NCBI GenBank assembly: GCA_051294375.1
Contig: CM119264.1
Coordinates: 12,588,263-12,652,262, forward strand
Origin: Paraspadella gotoi
Lineage: Eukaryota > Animalia > Chaetognatha
DNA: 64,000 nucleotides
Reading direction: 5' to 3'
Shown: piece after piece, positions 31,313 through 44,700 of the stretch
How the letters are laid out: each line of letters starts with the position of its first letter
How positions within the stretch are numbered: the first letter of the stretch is position 1
The notes under the pieces: model-generated
What the model was told of the DNA's origin: nothing
Databases searched by the model: none
What the model saw: only the letters and a program-made list of their open reading frames with translations
Made by a program: the position numbers and the translations under genes

Positions 31313-33265
31313 AGTGAAGCTTCACTAGTCTTAGTCGTAAACTTCTTAAGTGCGACAGAGACAAATGTTGCTTCGAAACGGCGCGCTTCACGCTATTGGG
31401 CCTTGTTGCCGCAGGCAAAGACTCGCAGCAGGATTGTGAAAACGATATCGGGTAAGTTTATCGGTTGATGCGGGTGCGGACCTGACGTTGACAGCATCAC
31501 TACGAAGCGCGCGTAAGTTCGTAGGTTCTGAAATTTTGAAATTGATGACGGTCGCATAAAGTTTCTCGGCGACGAAGACAGTTTTACGTTCGTCCTCATT
31601 TTAAGGTGACCTCCAAACTGATTTTGACCTCGACCAACTCATTTTAGGCTGACCTCTAAACTGATTTTGACCTCGACTAACTTCTATTGTGATCTCGACA
31701 GCTTCTCTCCCAAATTATAAAGTTTCGACCCGATTTACGCGTGACCCCAAGTATCTTGATTGTCTCTTGATCTCGTTTCAATCGTGCCTCTTATTTTTTT
31801 TTTTTTTTTATTAAACTCATCTCTTCATCTCATACATTTTGTACAATTCAATTTGGTTGTTCCCATCTCTCAACCTTTATTTCCGGACTTTTCTCCCCCT
31901 TGAAGAAATCCGAATAACTTTCCTTGCTTAATCCTTATTCCTTACTTTAAATAGGCCAACGACAAACTGACAATGACAATGTCCGTCTTTATCGTCCTCA
32001 TTTCACATTTATAATTCCTTAAACTTTCTCTCCTCTTCCTCCTCCCCCCCCCATCTTTCCTTCCCGCGTGAAATTCACGAATCCCGAGAGATTTCCGCGT
32101 GAGGTTTTCTAGTCGCCTGTGATCTCTCGACTTCACCCGGATTCACAACCCCGGACTTTCACGTCCTCGACACCAACAGCCGTCGTCCCCCCCCCAATAA
32201 AAAAAAATAAAACTGCGTTGGATTTCATCAAAATCCAAATTAAAAGTCTACAACATATCAGAACGATTGACATTTAAGTAACACCCAATTAAGTAACACC
32301 CAATTCCTTTTTATTTGAAAATAAGAGTTTAAGTTTCGATTTAAACGCTTACTAATACTATACTACTTACAAATACTATATTGGAATTTGGCGGGCTAAA
32401 GGGCGAACTGTTTTGTTTTTATAACTGTTTTGTTTTTATAACTGTTTTGTCAAGAGTTTTTTCGACGCAACAAAAACACATTTCGATTCATTTTTACTAC
32501 GTAATATATAGTGAAATATATTAAACATTAGTTTTATAAATTAATCCAATTTAGTCTAATATAGTAAAACTAAGTAATTTTGCCCATCACATCTATAGAA
32601 ACTCATTCCCCTCCTCCCATCTTTAATGCATCAGGACCTCATCTCAACCACATCACGAGGCGCCTTTTTCTCACCGTCGCGTCTCACGCCTGCCACCTGA
32701 GAGACTCTTTCTGTGGCGAAATCTTTTTAATCAAGTCTTCGAAAGTCATAAGTCCTCGGTTCGAGCCCGCTTCTTGGTCAATGTGTCAACCTTCCTTTGA
32801 TTTTGTCTGACAAAATTCGACCATATTCGCGCTCAGGAAGTTTATAGAACAACCGGTCCTTCGCTGTGTCCGAACGACCCTTTATCCATCTTTGTCCAAT
32901 GACCGTGTCTCCATATCTATGACCCAATTCGATGGAACCCTCCGTCCGTGACTCCACAGGCCTTGACCTTGCCTCATTGCATCCCCTTTATACTCATTTC
33001 GAAGTCGTCAACCTCATAAATTCGGCGAAACGATCTTTGCCTTCGCCGCACGACTCACCTTCGCTGNNNNNNNNNNAACTTGTTTTTATTGCGTTCAACA
33101 ACTGTATTGTTTTAAATGGGAACCCTACTTTCTTAAAACAACAGATGTTTCTTTTTTTCTCTCTGCCTCTCATTTCAACTTTTTTCTCATTCTCCCTGTC
33201 TCTTTTTCTTAATATCTTCCTTTCTCTGTTTTATCCTTGTCTCCCTCATTCCTTCCTCGCTCCAG

Positions 33266-33303
<38 letters not shown>

Positions 33304-33601
33304 CTCCTCTCTCTCTCCTCATCTCTCCTCTTTCTCTCTCTCTCTCTCTCTCGTCTCTCCTCGCTCTCCTCTCTCTCTCTTAGCATCCCTCTCCATTTTC
33401 CTTCTCTATCCACCAATCTCTTTTTTTTTATTTTTCGGCCCTTTCATTAGGTTATCTCTCTCCTCTCTCTCTCGCTTCACCCAATGGCATAAAAGCAATG
33501 ACACCATTCCCTCAAAAGACGTCGACAATAAAGACGACGTCCACAACTGCGATCACATTCAAAGAGAGAGATCGAAACATAAAGATAGATTTCCATAACG
33601 A

Positions 33602-33650
<49 letters not shown>

Positions 33651-33765
33651 TGAACGCGACGAACACCATAACGAAGGATATCAACAATTACGGGAGGAGA
33701 TTAGCGGACAAACGACGAAAGTACCAATCTTCTCTCTTCTCTCTTCTTTCTTTTCTCTCTCTCTC

Positions 33766-33798
<33 letters not shown>

Positions 33799-34624
33799 AC
33801 CTCGCTCCCACACATCCAACGAGAGGGAGTCTTTCAATTACCGACTATAATCGTTAGCGTCGGTCTTTTATAGGCGCCAATTATTGCAGGCGGGCGGCTC
33901 GCCGTTCGGAACCTCTCACCGAAACTCTCTGCCAGATTTCGTTTGATGAATATAAACATTTTCTTTTATGTTTTCCTTTTATTTCCCAAGCGAACTGAGC
34001 GAGAAGGATGTCTTGTTGGATTTTCTTGCAAAACCAAACCCATTTTCTTTTTTTTTCGATGGCACTTAATTTTATCATTCTCTATGTTTGCGCTGACTTT
34101 CTTTGATTTCTAGTATGACTTCGATCGTAAACTATTTCATAATGTCAACGCTGCATCTTTTTTCAAATTTTATCTTTCAAAATTAAATTACTTTTCCGGA
34201 GGCAAACTCCAGGGACCGTCAGATTTAATCTGTGAAAAAATCCGATTGAATTTTTATCTTTTATTTTTTCATTCCTCAATCAGACCATAAGTTTTAATGC
34301 TTGAAGGTATACATTTTCTTTCTATTTTTTTTTTAATCTATTACGTTTCCACTTTTCCCGCGGAAAACGGAATTAAAAAAAAATAGTCAATTTTTTCTCG
34401 TCAGTTTTTACTCCTCAACGAAGACAGAGAAACGCAATGGTTGCTCGCTGAGAGATTTTGCAATTCCCGCGTCCGTCACAATCGATAAGCAACGTTTTTT
34501 ATCTCCTTAGACTAGTTAGTAGCTTCTTCTTTTTCCTATACCTTCTTGGTTTTTTATCTTTAATTCTTGCTTTGTTATTTAGGTTTTATATTTTTTATTT
34601 AATTTTTTATTCGATTATTTTTTT

Positions 34625-34625
34625 T

Positions 34626-34680
<55 letters not shown>

Positions 34681-34765
34681 CTCTTTCTTTCTTTCTTTCT
34701 TTCTTTCTTTCCTTTGTTTTTCTTTATACATTCCTTCGTTTTCTTCTCTCTTTTCCCTTCTCTTT

Positions 34766-34837
<72 letters not shown>

Positions 34838-34840
34838 TCC
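34625..34840. repeat. (CTTT)n microsatellites within a ~115-bp tandem duplication
   Basis: Two (CTTT)n blocks, each followed by CCTTTGTTTTTCTTTATACA.TCCTTCGTTTTCTTCTCTCTTTTCCCTTCTC. Confidence 0.8.
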
Positions 34841-36136
34841 TTCCTTTGTTTTTCTTTATACAATCCTTCGTTTTCTTCTCTCTTTTCCCTTCTCTCCATT
34901 CCATTGTTCACTACCTACTCACCTCTTCCCCCTCTTTCTTCTTCAACAGGGAGAAAAGGAGAAATTCAGACTTTTGTCTGCGAATTTCAACTCAGATGAA
35001 AAAACCGTCGAAGACACCAAAGACGACGACGNNNNNNNNNNCGACGACGACGAAAACAAAAACTTCACCAGCAGAGATCCACGGAAATAAATAAAACAAG
35101 AATCTCTTTTCTGCTGGAGTAAATAAAGAGACAAACTTTATTCGTCCGCCTCTATTGTGTGTCTGTGTGCGCTCTCCCCAAAAAAAAGGGATAAAAAAAA
35201 GAAAAAAAAACAAGGACCGAAAACAAAGCGAAACGCGGAAAAAATAAAAGAAAAAAAAAGGGAAAAAAAGGAGGCGCGCGGAAAAAAAAATAGCAAAGCA
35301 AACGAAACGGAAAAACTAAAAATAAAAAATCCTAGCCAAAAAAAGCAAGCGAGAGCGTCCTCGTTGTAGAGAAATCGAGAGAGCGAGATAGAGAGGGAGT
35401 GAAGAGAGAAGGAGATGAAAGTTGGAACCCTCGGCGATCGACGACGCTCATTGCTGCCTCTCGACCCTCGGCACTCGAGGGGTCAACTCCGACCAGATAT
35501 AACTGCCGAGTTGGATCTACTTTGATCTTTTCAACGCCTCTCCCCCTGCCTTCGATCCCACTGTCTCCTCTCGTCTCGTCTCTCTCTTCCTCTCTCTCTC
35601 CTACTCTCTCCTTCTCTTCTCTTCTTCTCTCTCTCTTTCTCCCGGACCCCCACTTCCTCGTCAAACAACGAGGCGACGGCCGATTCCGTCCGAACGATAG
35701 ACCCGCATCATCCTTCGATCGCGCCGCCAATTTTCCGACCTTACCCTCATGCGATTCTCACCCTCACTCATTCTTTTCAATATCTTTCCCCACCTTTAAT
35801 AGTTTCGACCACATCCTCCCCACGTTTTATCAACTCCCCTAAAGACCCGCTTCAATCCTTCTCCACTCGCCACTCGCCCCACGTCCCTCTACAGTCTACA
35901 ACGCCCTCTGACCTCAAAGTCGTCAGCGATAAATCTCCTCTTCATCCGACGCGCCGTTTCGTTGTTTCGCTGTTTCGAGGACCGGCCGCTGTTTTGTCTG
36001 CCAGCCTTTGTTTCGTCGACCGGATTCTTGCCCCTTGTTTTTTCTGTTCCTCCCTTTCCTTCCCCATTTCCTTTCCTCTCTCCTCCCTTTACTATTTATA
36101 AGCTCTCTCCCTCCCCCCCTCCCTCCTTTAAATTAG

Positions 36137-37104
36137 CTTCCCCCTTTGGCCGCAAGGCGTTCTGCGGTCCGACCCCGACGACCGGCGCCTCCCGCCGTCG
36201 CCGCCATTTTGGAATCCGACGCCGAAGACCGCGACGCCGTCGTGAGTGAGGTCGGCGACGCCGCCGTCTGCAGCGTCTTCATCACCGGAAACGCAAACGG
36301 ACGGGAAATGAGGATGTCGTTTGGCGCCGGAAAAGCCGGCGCGCTCGACATCGGCGACGCCGCATTCGGCGAAAGTTGCGAGGGCGTCGTTTCGGGCGGC
36401 GTCTCCCGCGCCGCAACGAATTCCGACGCAGGAATAGAATCGTCGAGGATTTCCGGCGTCGACGCGTCTCCTTTCGTCTCTTTTTTCGATTCTCTCTCTG
36501 CCCTCGACGCCGTCTCTCTCACTCGAAACGACTCGAGAGAAAAACCGAAAAGAAGGAACCGAAATTCTAACGACGACGACAACGACGACGACGACCATAA
36601 CAAACCAAGATCGAGTCTCCTTCTTCGGAGTCATGAATACTCAAACGGGCGAATGGCGTTTCATGAATGTGGAAGACGCCGCCCCACCGACGCCGCCGCC
36701 GCCCGTGGCGCCGAAAGTGACGTCCATACCGGCGGCGATGAGACGCGCGACGACATCCCCGACGAAAGTGACGTTGATCGCCCCGGATGTTGCGCGGGTG
36801 GCGTCACAAGCGGCGTCTCCTTGGATGGCAGCGTTATTAACGTCGAAAGCGAAAGCGACGCCGGTGACGCCAGGAGCGGCGTCGAAAGAAAGAGGAGCGT
36901 CTCCTCTCCAACGCGGCGTCTAAAAGCGCGCCCGGGGCCGCGGCGACGAGGCAAACGCGCGCCGAGAGACTTTCCGACCAAAAACGGGCGTAACTCGTCT
37001 CAACGAAGAAACTCCGGATGTAATAGCATTCGACTGGCCGGAGTTTTGGCGGCGGCGACCCTCGCGGCCTGGATTTCTCCGCCAACGACAATGGCGGCGC
37101 ACAG
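36137..37104 (+). CDS. IgSF exon 1: long low-complexity leader ending in a signal-peptide-like segment
   Basis: Polypyrimidine tract + TAG acceptor (AG at 36135-36). Open frame with ATGs at 36308 and 36653, ending ...RLAGVLAAATLAAWISPPTTMAAH AG|GTGAGA (phase 2), which matches the next exon. Confidence 0.65.
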
Positions 37105-37803
37105 GTGAGAAATTATTAAATTATTTAATGATTAATTATTTCGCCAGAGCGATTAATATCGCAAAGAAAAACGGCAGGTAGACTACGTCATTAATCGTCC
37201 GTCCTCTGGAATATAAAATTAGCAAAATATTCGTGCCAGTTGAGTTATGCAAAAATGATTTTCTGTTGTAAAGATTTATTTAATTGCCTTCCTTCCAAAA
37301 GGGTGAGCACCGCCGTCTTGGCGGGAACCAACGTCTCTTTCGATTGCTTGTCTCCCTCTCGACCCGCCATCTGGATGCGGATCAAGGACAACCTAATGCT
37401 TTCCTTCGGAGGTAAGCAATGCTTACTTAGCATCGGACTCGACCCCAAAAAAAATCTCGTCTTTCGTCGATGAAGAAAAAACTGAGATCTGTTTTGACTG
37501 TTTGTAGTTGTTGTTGTTTTTTTTTCCTTTGTGTTGGCGCTGGTTTATTGGGTGAGACTTGGGCAACAGACCTTTTTATAAATAGTTGTTTTAATGCTTC
37601 GCTCGATATTGGTTACCATCTAACGATACTGGATTCAGTCTGCTGTCAGACGCTTATTTTTTAACTTTTGGTTTTCCAATGATTGTGTCCTTACTCTCTC
37701 ATTTTTTTCATTTCTTTCTACTTCTGCGACTCTAGTAGCAAGGCACACAGTAGAGAGAGACGAAGACGAGAGGAGATGATAGGAGAGACGAATGAGAGAC
37801 GAG

Positions 37804-37838
<35 letters not shown>

Positions 37839-40800
37839 GAGGACAGAGAGGAAACAGAGAGAGAGAGAGAGACAGACAGAGAGAAAGAGAGAGAGTGAGA
37901 GAGGCCTTACGATTGTAAAAACGAGAAAAATCAGATTACCACGACGAATCCGTTTATCCATTTTATTTCCGCGTCACAGATACACAAAGTAACAAAATCA
38001 ATACTCTTCTTCTTCTCTCTCTCTCTCTTCCTTCTCTCTCTCATACTTCTCTCTCTCTCCTCTCTCTCTCTCTGTCTCACTCTCCTCTTCATGCCGATCT
38101 ATTCGCGTTTTTTTTCAGTCGTTCTCATTCCTCTCTCTTTCTGTTGTAACTTCCCTCTAAACCGAAGCAGTCGGAGTAGAAGAAAAAAAAAGAGATGAGA
38201 GAAGAGAGAGAGAGACAGACTGAGAGAGAGAGAGAGAAGAGAGGAGAAGACGAGAGGGATTGAGAGAGAAGAGAGAGACGAGAGAGTGAGAGAGATCGAC
38301 GGCATTTCATTCCCAGACCATTTTTTATCTCCTTTTTTTCCTCTCTCCTTTTTTGTGCATATTCCGCTCTCCCTTTTTCCCCTGTTCCTTTCTTATTTAA
38401 TATTATTATGGTTATTAATGCAAAGGTCGACCAGGCGGTCTGGGCCCTCTTTCTTCTTTTTGTTCTTTTTTGTTGCGTATGAATATTCGGGCGAAAAAGA
38501 TCGGAGGCGAAAACGAAAAGAGGCGTGGGGGAACCATCCAATCGTCGTCGTGGTCGTCTTTATAGTCGTTCTCGTCATATTCATCATCGTCTTCGTCACC
38601 ACGATATTCGATATCATTGTTGTTGATTCCTAAGAAAGAGATCGAGAAAAAAAAAGAACAAAACGAGACGAGGGGGGAACTTCTTCAACGTTTTTTTTTT
38701 CAGTCGACCGTTGTCATTTGTGCATTGTCCTCGCTGCCGTCGTCACCGTTTGTCATTTGCGTTCGATAGACAAAAAAGGAGAGGCGAAGTTTTCCTTGCC
38801 TTTCCTTTCCACCATATTACCGTCAACTCCATCATCGCATTGACCCATATTGACCAACATCGACCCCTTCTTGACCCCAAACCGACCCTTCTCGAGCCCC
38901 ACTAATCCCAATACTTGACTCCCGATCATATTGTCCCATAAATTTCTGTTTTCATTCGCGAGCATTTTCTTGATTTTCCATTGTTTTCCTTCGATTGCCC
39001 CCCCGTTTCCTTTTTTGTTTCTGACCATTTCGGCGCGACGAATGATCCGAATGATAGCATTCCGTACTCGGAATCACGCCACCCTGCGTACGATTCATCA
39101 CAGACGGCACAAAAAACAAAAAAAAAAAAAAACAACTTTGTTTATAAACTTTTGTATTTTTTTCAGCCAGCTTCCCCCCCGCTCCACATAGCGTAGAGTG
39201 CGAGCACTCAGAGAACAAAAAATTTTTTTGGAATGATTCGAAACAATGGATATTTAGCATATGAGATTAGTAATCATTAATAGCTACAAAATAATATTTT
39301 GTTCCATATTATCTCCGGGAACAGAAAGTAAAATATAAATATATTTTGTAAGTACTATCCCTTATAAAATAGTTTAAATTTTAAAAGAATAATTTTTATT
39401 AAAACTTTTAATAAAAGATTCAGATTCTTTGCATTAAAAAGTGAATCAAAAAATATAAAAAATGTTATCAAAAATTCGTTGTCATTTTCAATTGTTTAAA
39501 ATAAGAAAAAGAAGAGTAAAAAGTTCCTATGACTTTTTTATATTCTCTGTGAAATAGAAACTTATATATTGTTAAAAGGTTTTTAGTCATTTTTGTGATC
39601 GGTAACACATTTAAAATATCATATAACATATTTTTATAAAAGTTTCCTTATTTTTTGGCACAGCGAATCCAAATCAGTTCTTAAAAGATTAAAAAAAATA
39701 TATTTTGAAATGTTTATGAGTTACTCATATTCAAGGATATTACTACATACAATAATTGAATTTTATTATCCTGTTATACTGTTATGCCTATACATAAAAT
39801 TTTATAAAGGGATGATTATTAAATTCAATTTGTATGATCCATATTTGGCCAGCAAAAAAAAATAATTGTTCAATCACTCCAATCTTTTTCATCAATCTCC
39901 AGCCCTATATTCCACATCCCTTTTACCCCCCTCCCTCCCATCTACGCGGATCCCTACGACAAATCCCCGCCACGATTCTCGCAAGTTCTCCCATCCTCGC
40001 TCGCCTGGCACGTTCTACAGATCTCGTCGTTCAAAACGCTCGTTCAACTATCTCCGACGCGGCCGAGTGCGTATGCACTACATACTATGGATGACTGTCA
40101 TTTCAGGCAGCTTAGGGACGTTTCTTCTGGAGTGTGTGTGGACGACCATAAGACGCCCTCAGTCACAAGAGGCTGTTTGTGGTGGGTCTGCGTGTGCGTC
40201 TCGGGTGCCCGAGCATGCGGAGGTGGGTTGTGTGTGCTCTGGGCGCTTTCACGATGGCGGGGCCGTTGCAGGGCGTGGAAGGTGTGATTCGCTTGATGTC
40301 TCTCGTAGTGTGCGGTGTCTCGAGGAGTTGCCCTGTCGTGTGTAAGTGTGATGGTGTAGACTGGGCGTGAGTGCCGCGCTATTATTTAACAGTTAGACTG
40401 AGCAGTTGGCGACGTGATGCCCGGTAGTGTTGACCTGGGCACTCTTCCGACAGCTGGTAGCTTGGGTTTGCGAAGTGACCACAGGTGAGACGTGTGGCGA
40501 GTTCATGCCGATCACATATCACGCTACTTACACCATGCCGGCCCGAATTCTTTTCTTACGCATTCCATCGCGTTCTTCCTCTCTCCGCTCCCCTCTCGGC
40601 CTTTCCGGCATCATCGTGCTCGTCCGGATCTCTCTCTCTCCGCGGTTTCGCCTCGCTCGCCTCGTGCTTCTTTGTGGGCGCTGGTCGCCACTGGCCTCGG
40701 TGGTGCCGACCCCGGATGGCTCTGGCCCCCTCTCTTATTTTTTGCTCAACTGCGCCATGCGTCTGCGCCGTCCGATTGAAAATAATCATTGCCTCTCTAC

Positions 40801-41730
40801 TCTAATCAGTTGAGAACTAATCCTGTCTACTTTCGATTATACTCCTGCGCCGGGATTTTTTGAACATTAATGATTGTCTATTTAGCGCCCTACTCATCAT
40901 GTTATGCTTTTCTTAGTATCTGCTACAATCATCTGGCTCTACTACGATCTCGTCATCTAACTCTAATCTTATCTATAATAACTTAATCTGTCCTCTCCTC
41001 TCGCTACATCTCTTCTTCTCTTCCTATCCTCTCTCACATGACGTTCCTTAGTCGCAAATTACGATTTGCTGTAAGAAGAGAATATCTACTTAGTTTCATA
41101 TAATAGATGTAGGTATCTAAAACTAACTCCTAGCTCTCATACTGACGTGGTCTCTCGATTTCATCTAAGTCCTACACTCTGGTCGCACATACTATGCGAG
41201 TCACATCTCGGCACACCGCCACAAGGAGCACACATTAGACGCGGGACGCGGACGGAACAGCGAAGCGCGCGCGGATCCGCGCGCGCGGNNNNNNNNNNNN
41301 NNNNNNNNNNNNNCCGCCACGATTCTCGCAAGTTCTCCATCCTCGCTCGCGGCGACGTCTACAGTCTCGTCGTCAAACGCGTCAACTTCTCCGACGCGGG
41401 TCCCTACAAATGCGTGACGAAGAACGCCCTCGTCACCAAGCTCGTCGTCGTCTCGGTCCCGAGATGCATGCCGAGGTCGCCGGCGCTTTACGAAGGTCAG
41501 GGGCGGTTGAGGGCTTCATTCAAGGCGGTCCAGGGTCGGTCGGGAAGAGATGGAGTTGGGGGTTGAGTCACCGTATTATTTTTAAAGAGAGCATGGCGAC
41601 GTGATGCCCGGGGTGTGAGGCATCTTCCGACAGCTGGAGCTGCAGTGATCACATATGTCACTGGCGAGTTCATGCCGACACAATCACGCTTAACCAGCGT
41701 GCCCGATTTTTTTTTCTTTATCTGCATCAG

Positions 41731-41766
<36 letters not shown>

Positions 41767-44700
41767 NNNNNNNNNNNNNNNNNNNNNNNNNNNNNNNNNN
41801 NNNNNNNNNNNNNNNNNNNNNNNNNNNNNNNNNNNNNNNNNNNNNNNNNNNNNNNNNNNNNNNNNNNNNNNNNNNNNNNNNNNNNNNNNNNNNNNNNNNN
41901 NNNNNNNNNNNNNNNNNNNNNNNNNNNNNNNNNNNNNNNNNNNNNNNNNNNNNNNNNNNNNNNNNNNNNNNNNNNNNNNNNNNNNNNNNNNNNNNNNNNN
42001 NNNNNNNNNNNNNNNNNNNNNNNNNNNNNNNNNNNTCCCTCTCTCTCTCTCTGTCTCTCTCTCTCTATCTTTCTCTCTCTCACTCTTTCTCTCCCCCCTC
42101 TTCCCCGCACACTGATCCTTACTTGAGTGCTTATTCTCATCGATTTTTGAGAAGGGAAAATTTTTTTTTTCTCTCAGTCTCTCTATTTTTCCTTCTATAT
42201 ATCTGTCTCCTTTTCTTTCTCTTATTCATTTCCTTTTTTTTTCTTTCGCTTTCCTTTCTTTCTCAAATCCTCCTCTTCTTTCGCCTTACCCCCCCCTCCC
42301 CCCTTCACTTCTCGTGTCCTCTCAGTCTAAGGGGTGGGGCGGCTAACAAACACCCATCCATCATTGGCGCTAATTACTCGCAAACAGGAAATCGCACTCC
42401 TCCACCATTATTGGTTGAGACACGCGATTCGCATGAGGTCGTTGCTCCTGGATGGAGATAAAACGGAGTTTTTTTCGAAAAGATTTTAGAGAATATTTTA
42501 AACGAAGAGTTTATATAATAAGTTTTTTTTAATATCAGAGCCTCCTTTTAAATCGTAGTTTGAGTCAACAAGATATAGTTTTCTTAGTTTATCATTCTTA
42601 CCCTCGAGGATTTGAATGCTGTGAGGCGAATCATCACAGAAAGGATTATTCATGAGGGAGATTAATAATTAAGAATGATCAGTCGTCGGTCTGCTTCGCA
42701 GCGGCGCTTGACTAAAGACGACGACGACGACGACGGCGGCGCCAAAGCGAGGCAATCGTGGGAGAAATACTTCTAGCTTTCCCCTATTTACTCAAGCGAG
42801 AGCGTTCGGACGGAGGAAAACATTATCTTGAGTAAATAACGTTTCACGGCCTTTTTCTCTCTATTATAACATAAGGAGGCAGTTCTGTTAATTTTTTTTT
42901 TAATTGAAATTGACAGAATTCCAATTGTAAAAGTGTTTATGGCAAAGAAAACCCATTGACGGATCAGATTAAAATAAAAACATTGAAGAACGGAGATGAA
43001 CGGAGATGAACGAAGACGACATACACTTTTTTTCTTTTTTTTTTAAATCTTTTTGAACATTAAATAATATGTTCGTTAACCGATTTTGTGGGACTGTATT
43101 TTTTTTCTTTATCACGTCGAGTTTCGTGCTCTTCGCCTATCTTAATTCCGCCAATTCTCTCTCTCTCTCNNNNNNNNNNNNNNNNNNNNNNNNNNNNNNN
43201 NNNNNNNNNNNNNNNNNNNNNNNNNNNNNNNNNNNNNNNNNNNNNNNNNNNNNNNNNNNNNNNNNNNNNNNNNNNNNNNNNNNNNNNNNNNNNNNNNNNN
43301 NNNNNNNNNNNNNNNNNNNNNNNNNNNNNNNNNNNNNNNNNNNNNNNNNNNNNNNNNNNNNNNNNNNNNNNNNNNNNNNNNNNNNNNNNNNNNNNNNNNN
43401 NNNNNNNNNNNNNNNNNNAAAAAAGGGGGGAAAGGAGAGCGGAGGAAGGAAGAAAGGAAGAAAAGAAGGAAGGAAGGAGGCAAGAAAGGAAGGAAGGAAG
43501 GAAGGAAGGAAGGAAGGAAGGAAAGAAGGAAAGAAGGAAGGAAGAAGAGCAAAGAAAGCGAGAAGAGTGGAGGAAAGAAGAAAATCTAAAGAAAATGTAG
43601 AAGAAAAGAAGAGAGGAAAAAGAAAAGAAACAGAAAATGATAGACAGCCTAGAAAGAAATAATAGAGGAAATTAAATCCATTTCGAAAGAGATTCGATAG
43701 AGCGCCGCGCGGTGCCGCGCGGTGCCAACCGGCGTCCAAGCGACGATCCATGGGTAAAAAGGCAAGTCGTTGGTGCGACGATAGGGCTAAATAAACAGCA
43801 ATATGGTGCGTTAATAATGGCATNNNNNNNNNNNNNNNNNNNNNNNNNNNNNNNNNNNNNNNNNNNNNNNNNNNNNNNNNNNNNNNNNNNNNNNNNNNNN
43901 NNNNNNNNNNNNNNNNNNNNNNNNNNNNNNNNNNNNNNNNNNNNNNNNNNNNNNNNNNNNNNNNNNNNNNNNNNNNNNNNNNNNNNNNNNNNNNNNNNNN
44001 NNNNNNNNNNNNNNNNNNNNNNNNNNNNNNNNNNNNNNNNNNNNNNNNNNNNNNNNNNNNNNNNNNNNNNNNNNNNNNNNNNNNNNNNNNNNNNNNNNNN
44101 NNNNNNNNNNNNNNNNNNNNNNNNNNNNNNNNNNNNNNNNNNNNNNNNNNNNNNNNNNNNNNNNNNNNNNNNNNNNNNNNNNNNNNNNNNNNNNNNNNNN
44201 NNNNNNNNNNNNNNNNNNNNNNNNNNNNNNNNNNNNNNNNNNNNNNNNNNNNNNNNNNNNNNNNNNNNNNNNNNNNNNNNNNNNNNNNNNNNNNNNNNNN
44301 NNNNNNNNNNNNNNNNNNNNNNNNNNNNNNNNNNNNNNNNNNNNNNNNNNNNNAGAGAGAGTAAGGCGAGCAGTAGGGTAGTTAAATCATTATTTTTTTT
44401 CCAAGATTTACAATTAAAGCGTGGTTTGAACTGAGCACAATTTTCTCCGTCGCTTATTTCATCGTTTTTTTTATCGCGTCTTTCCAACCAGTTTTTCTCT
44501 TCAGTCATTACTTCCACTTTTCAAACATTGTTCGACGCTTTCTCAACTTGTCAACTTCTCAGCTGCATCTCAGCTTTTTAGCTTTTTCAACTTCTCCGAT
44601 TCTCAGCTTCTAAAATTTTCAACTCTTCAACTTTTCAACTTCTCAAATTCTCAAATTCTCTTAAATTCTAAACTTCTCAACCTCTAAACTTCTAGACTTC

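Noticed and set aside
29690-31690. Short repeats (29.7-29.9 kb; 40-bp tandem pair at ~31.6 kb) considered as a CRISPR-like array
   Set aside because: Units are contiguous and degenerate with no unique equal-length spacers, the context is eukaryotic, and there are no cas genes.
32630-33066. GC-balanced island with an acceptor-like CATCAG
   Set aside because: All + frames close within ~60 codons, and no recognisable domain on either strand; may be UTR.
39945-41288. Apparent duplicated or mutually exclusive Ig exon (Dscam-like alternative exon)
   Set aside because: The copy differs by scattered insertions rather than synonymous changes, decays into random sequence and ends at a gap, so it is a raw-read artefact.
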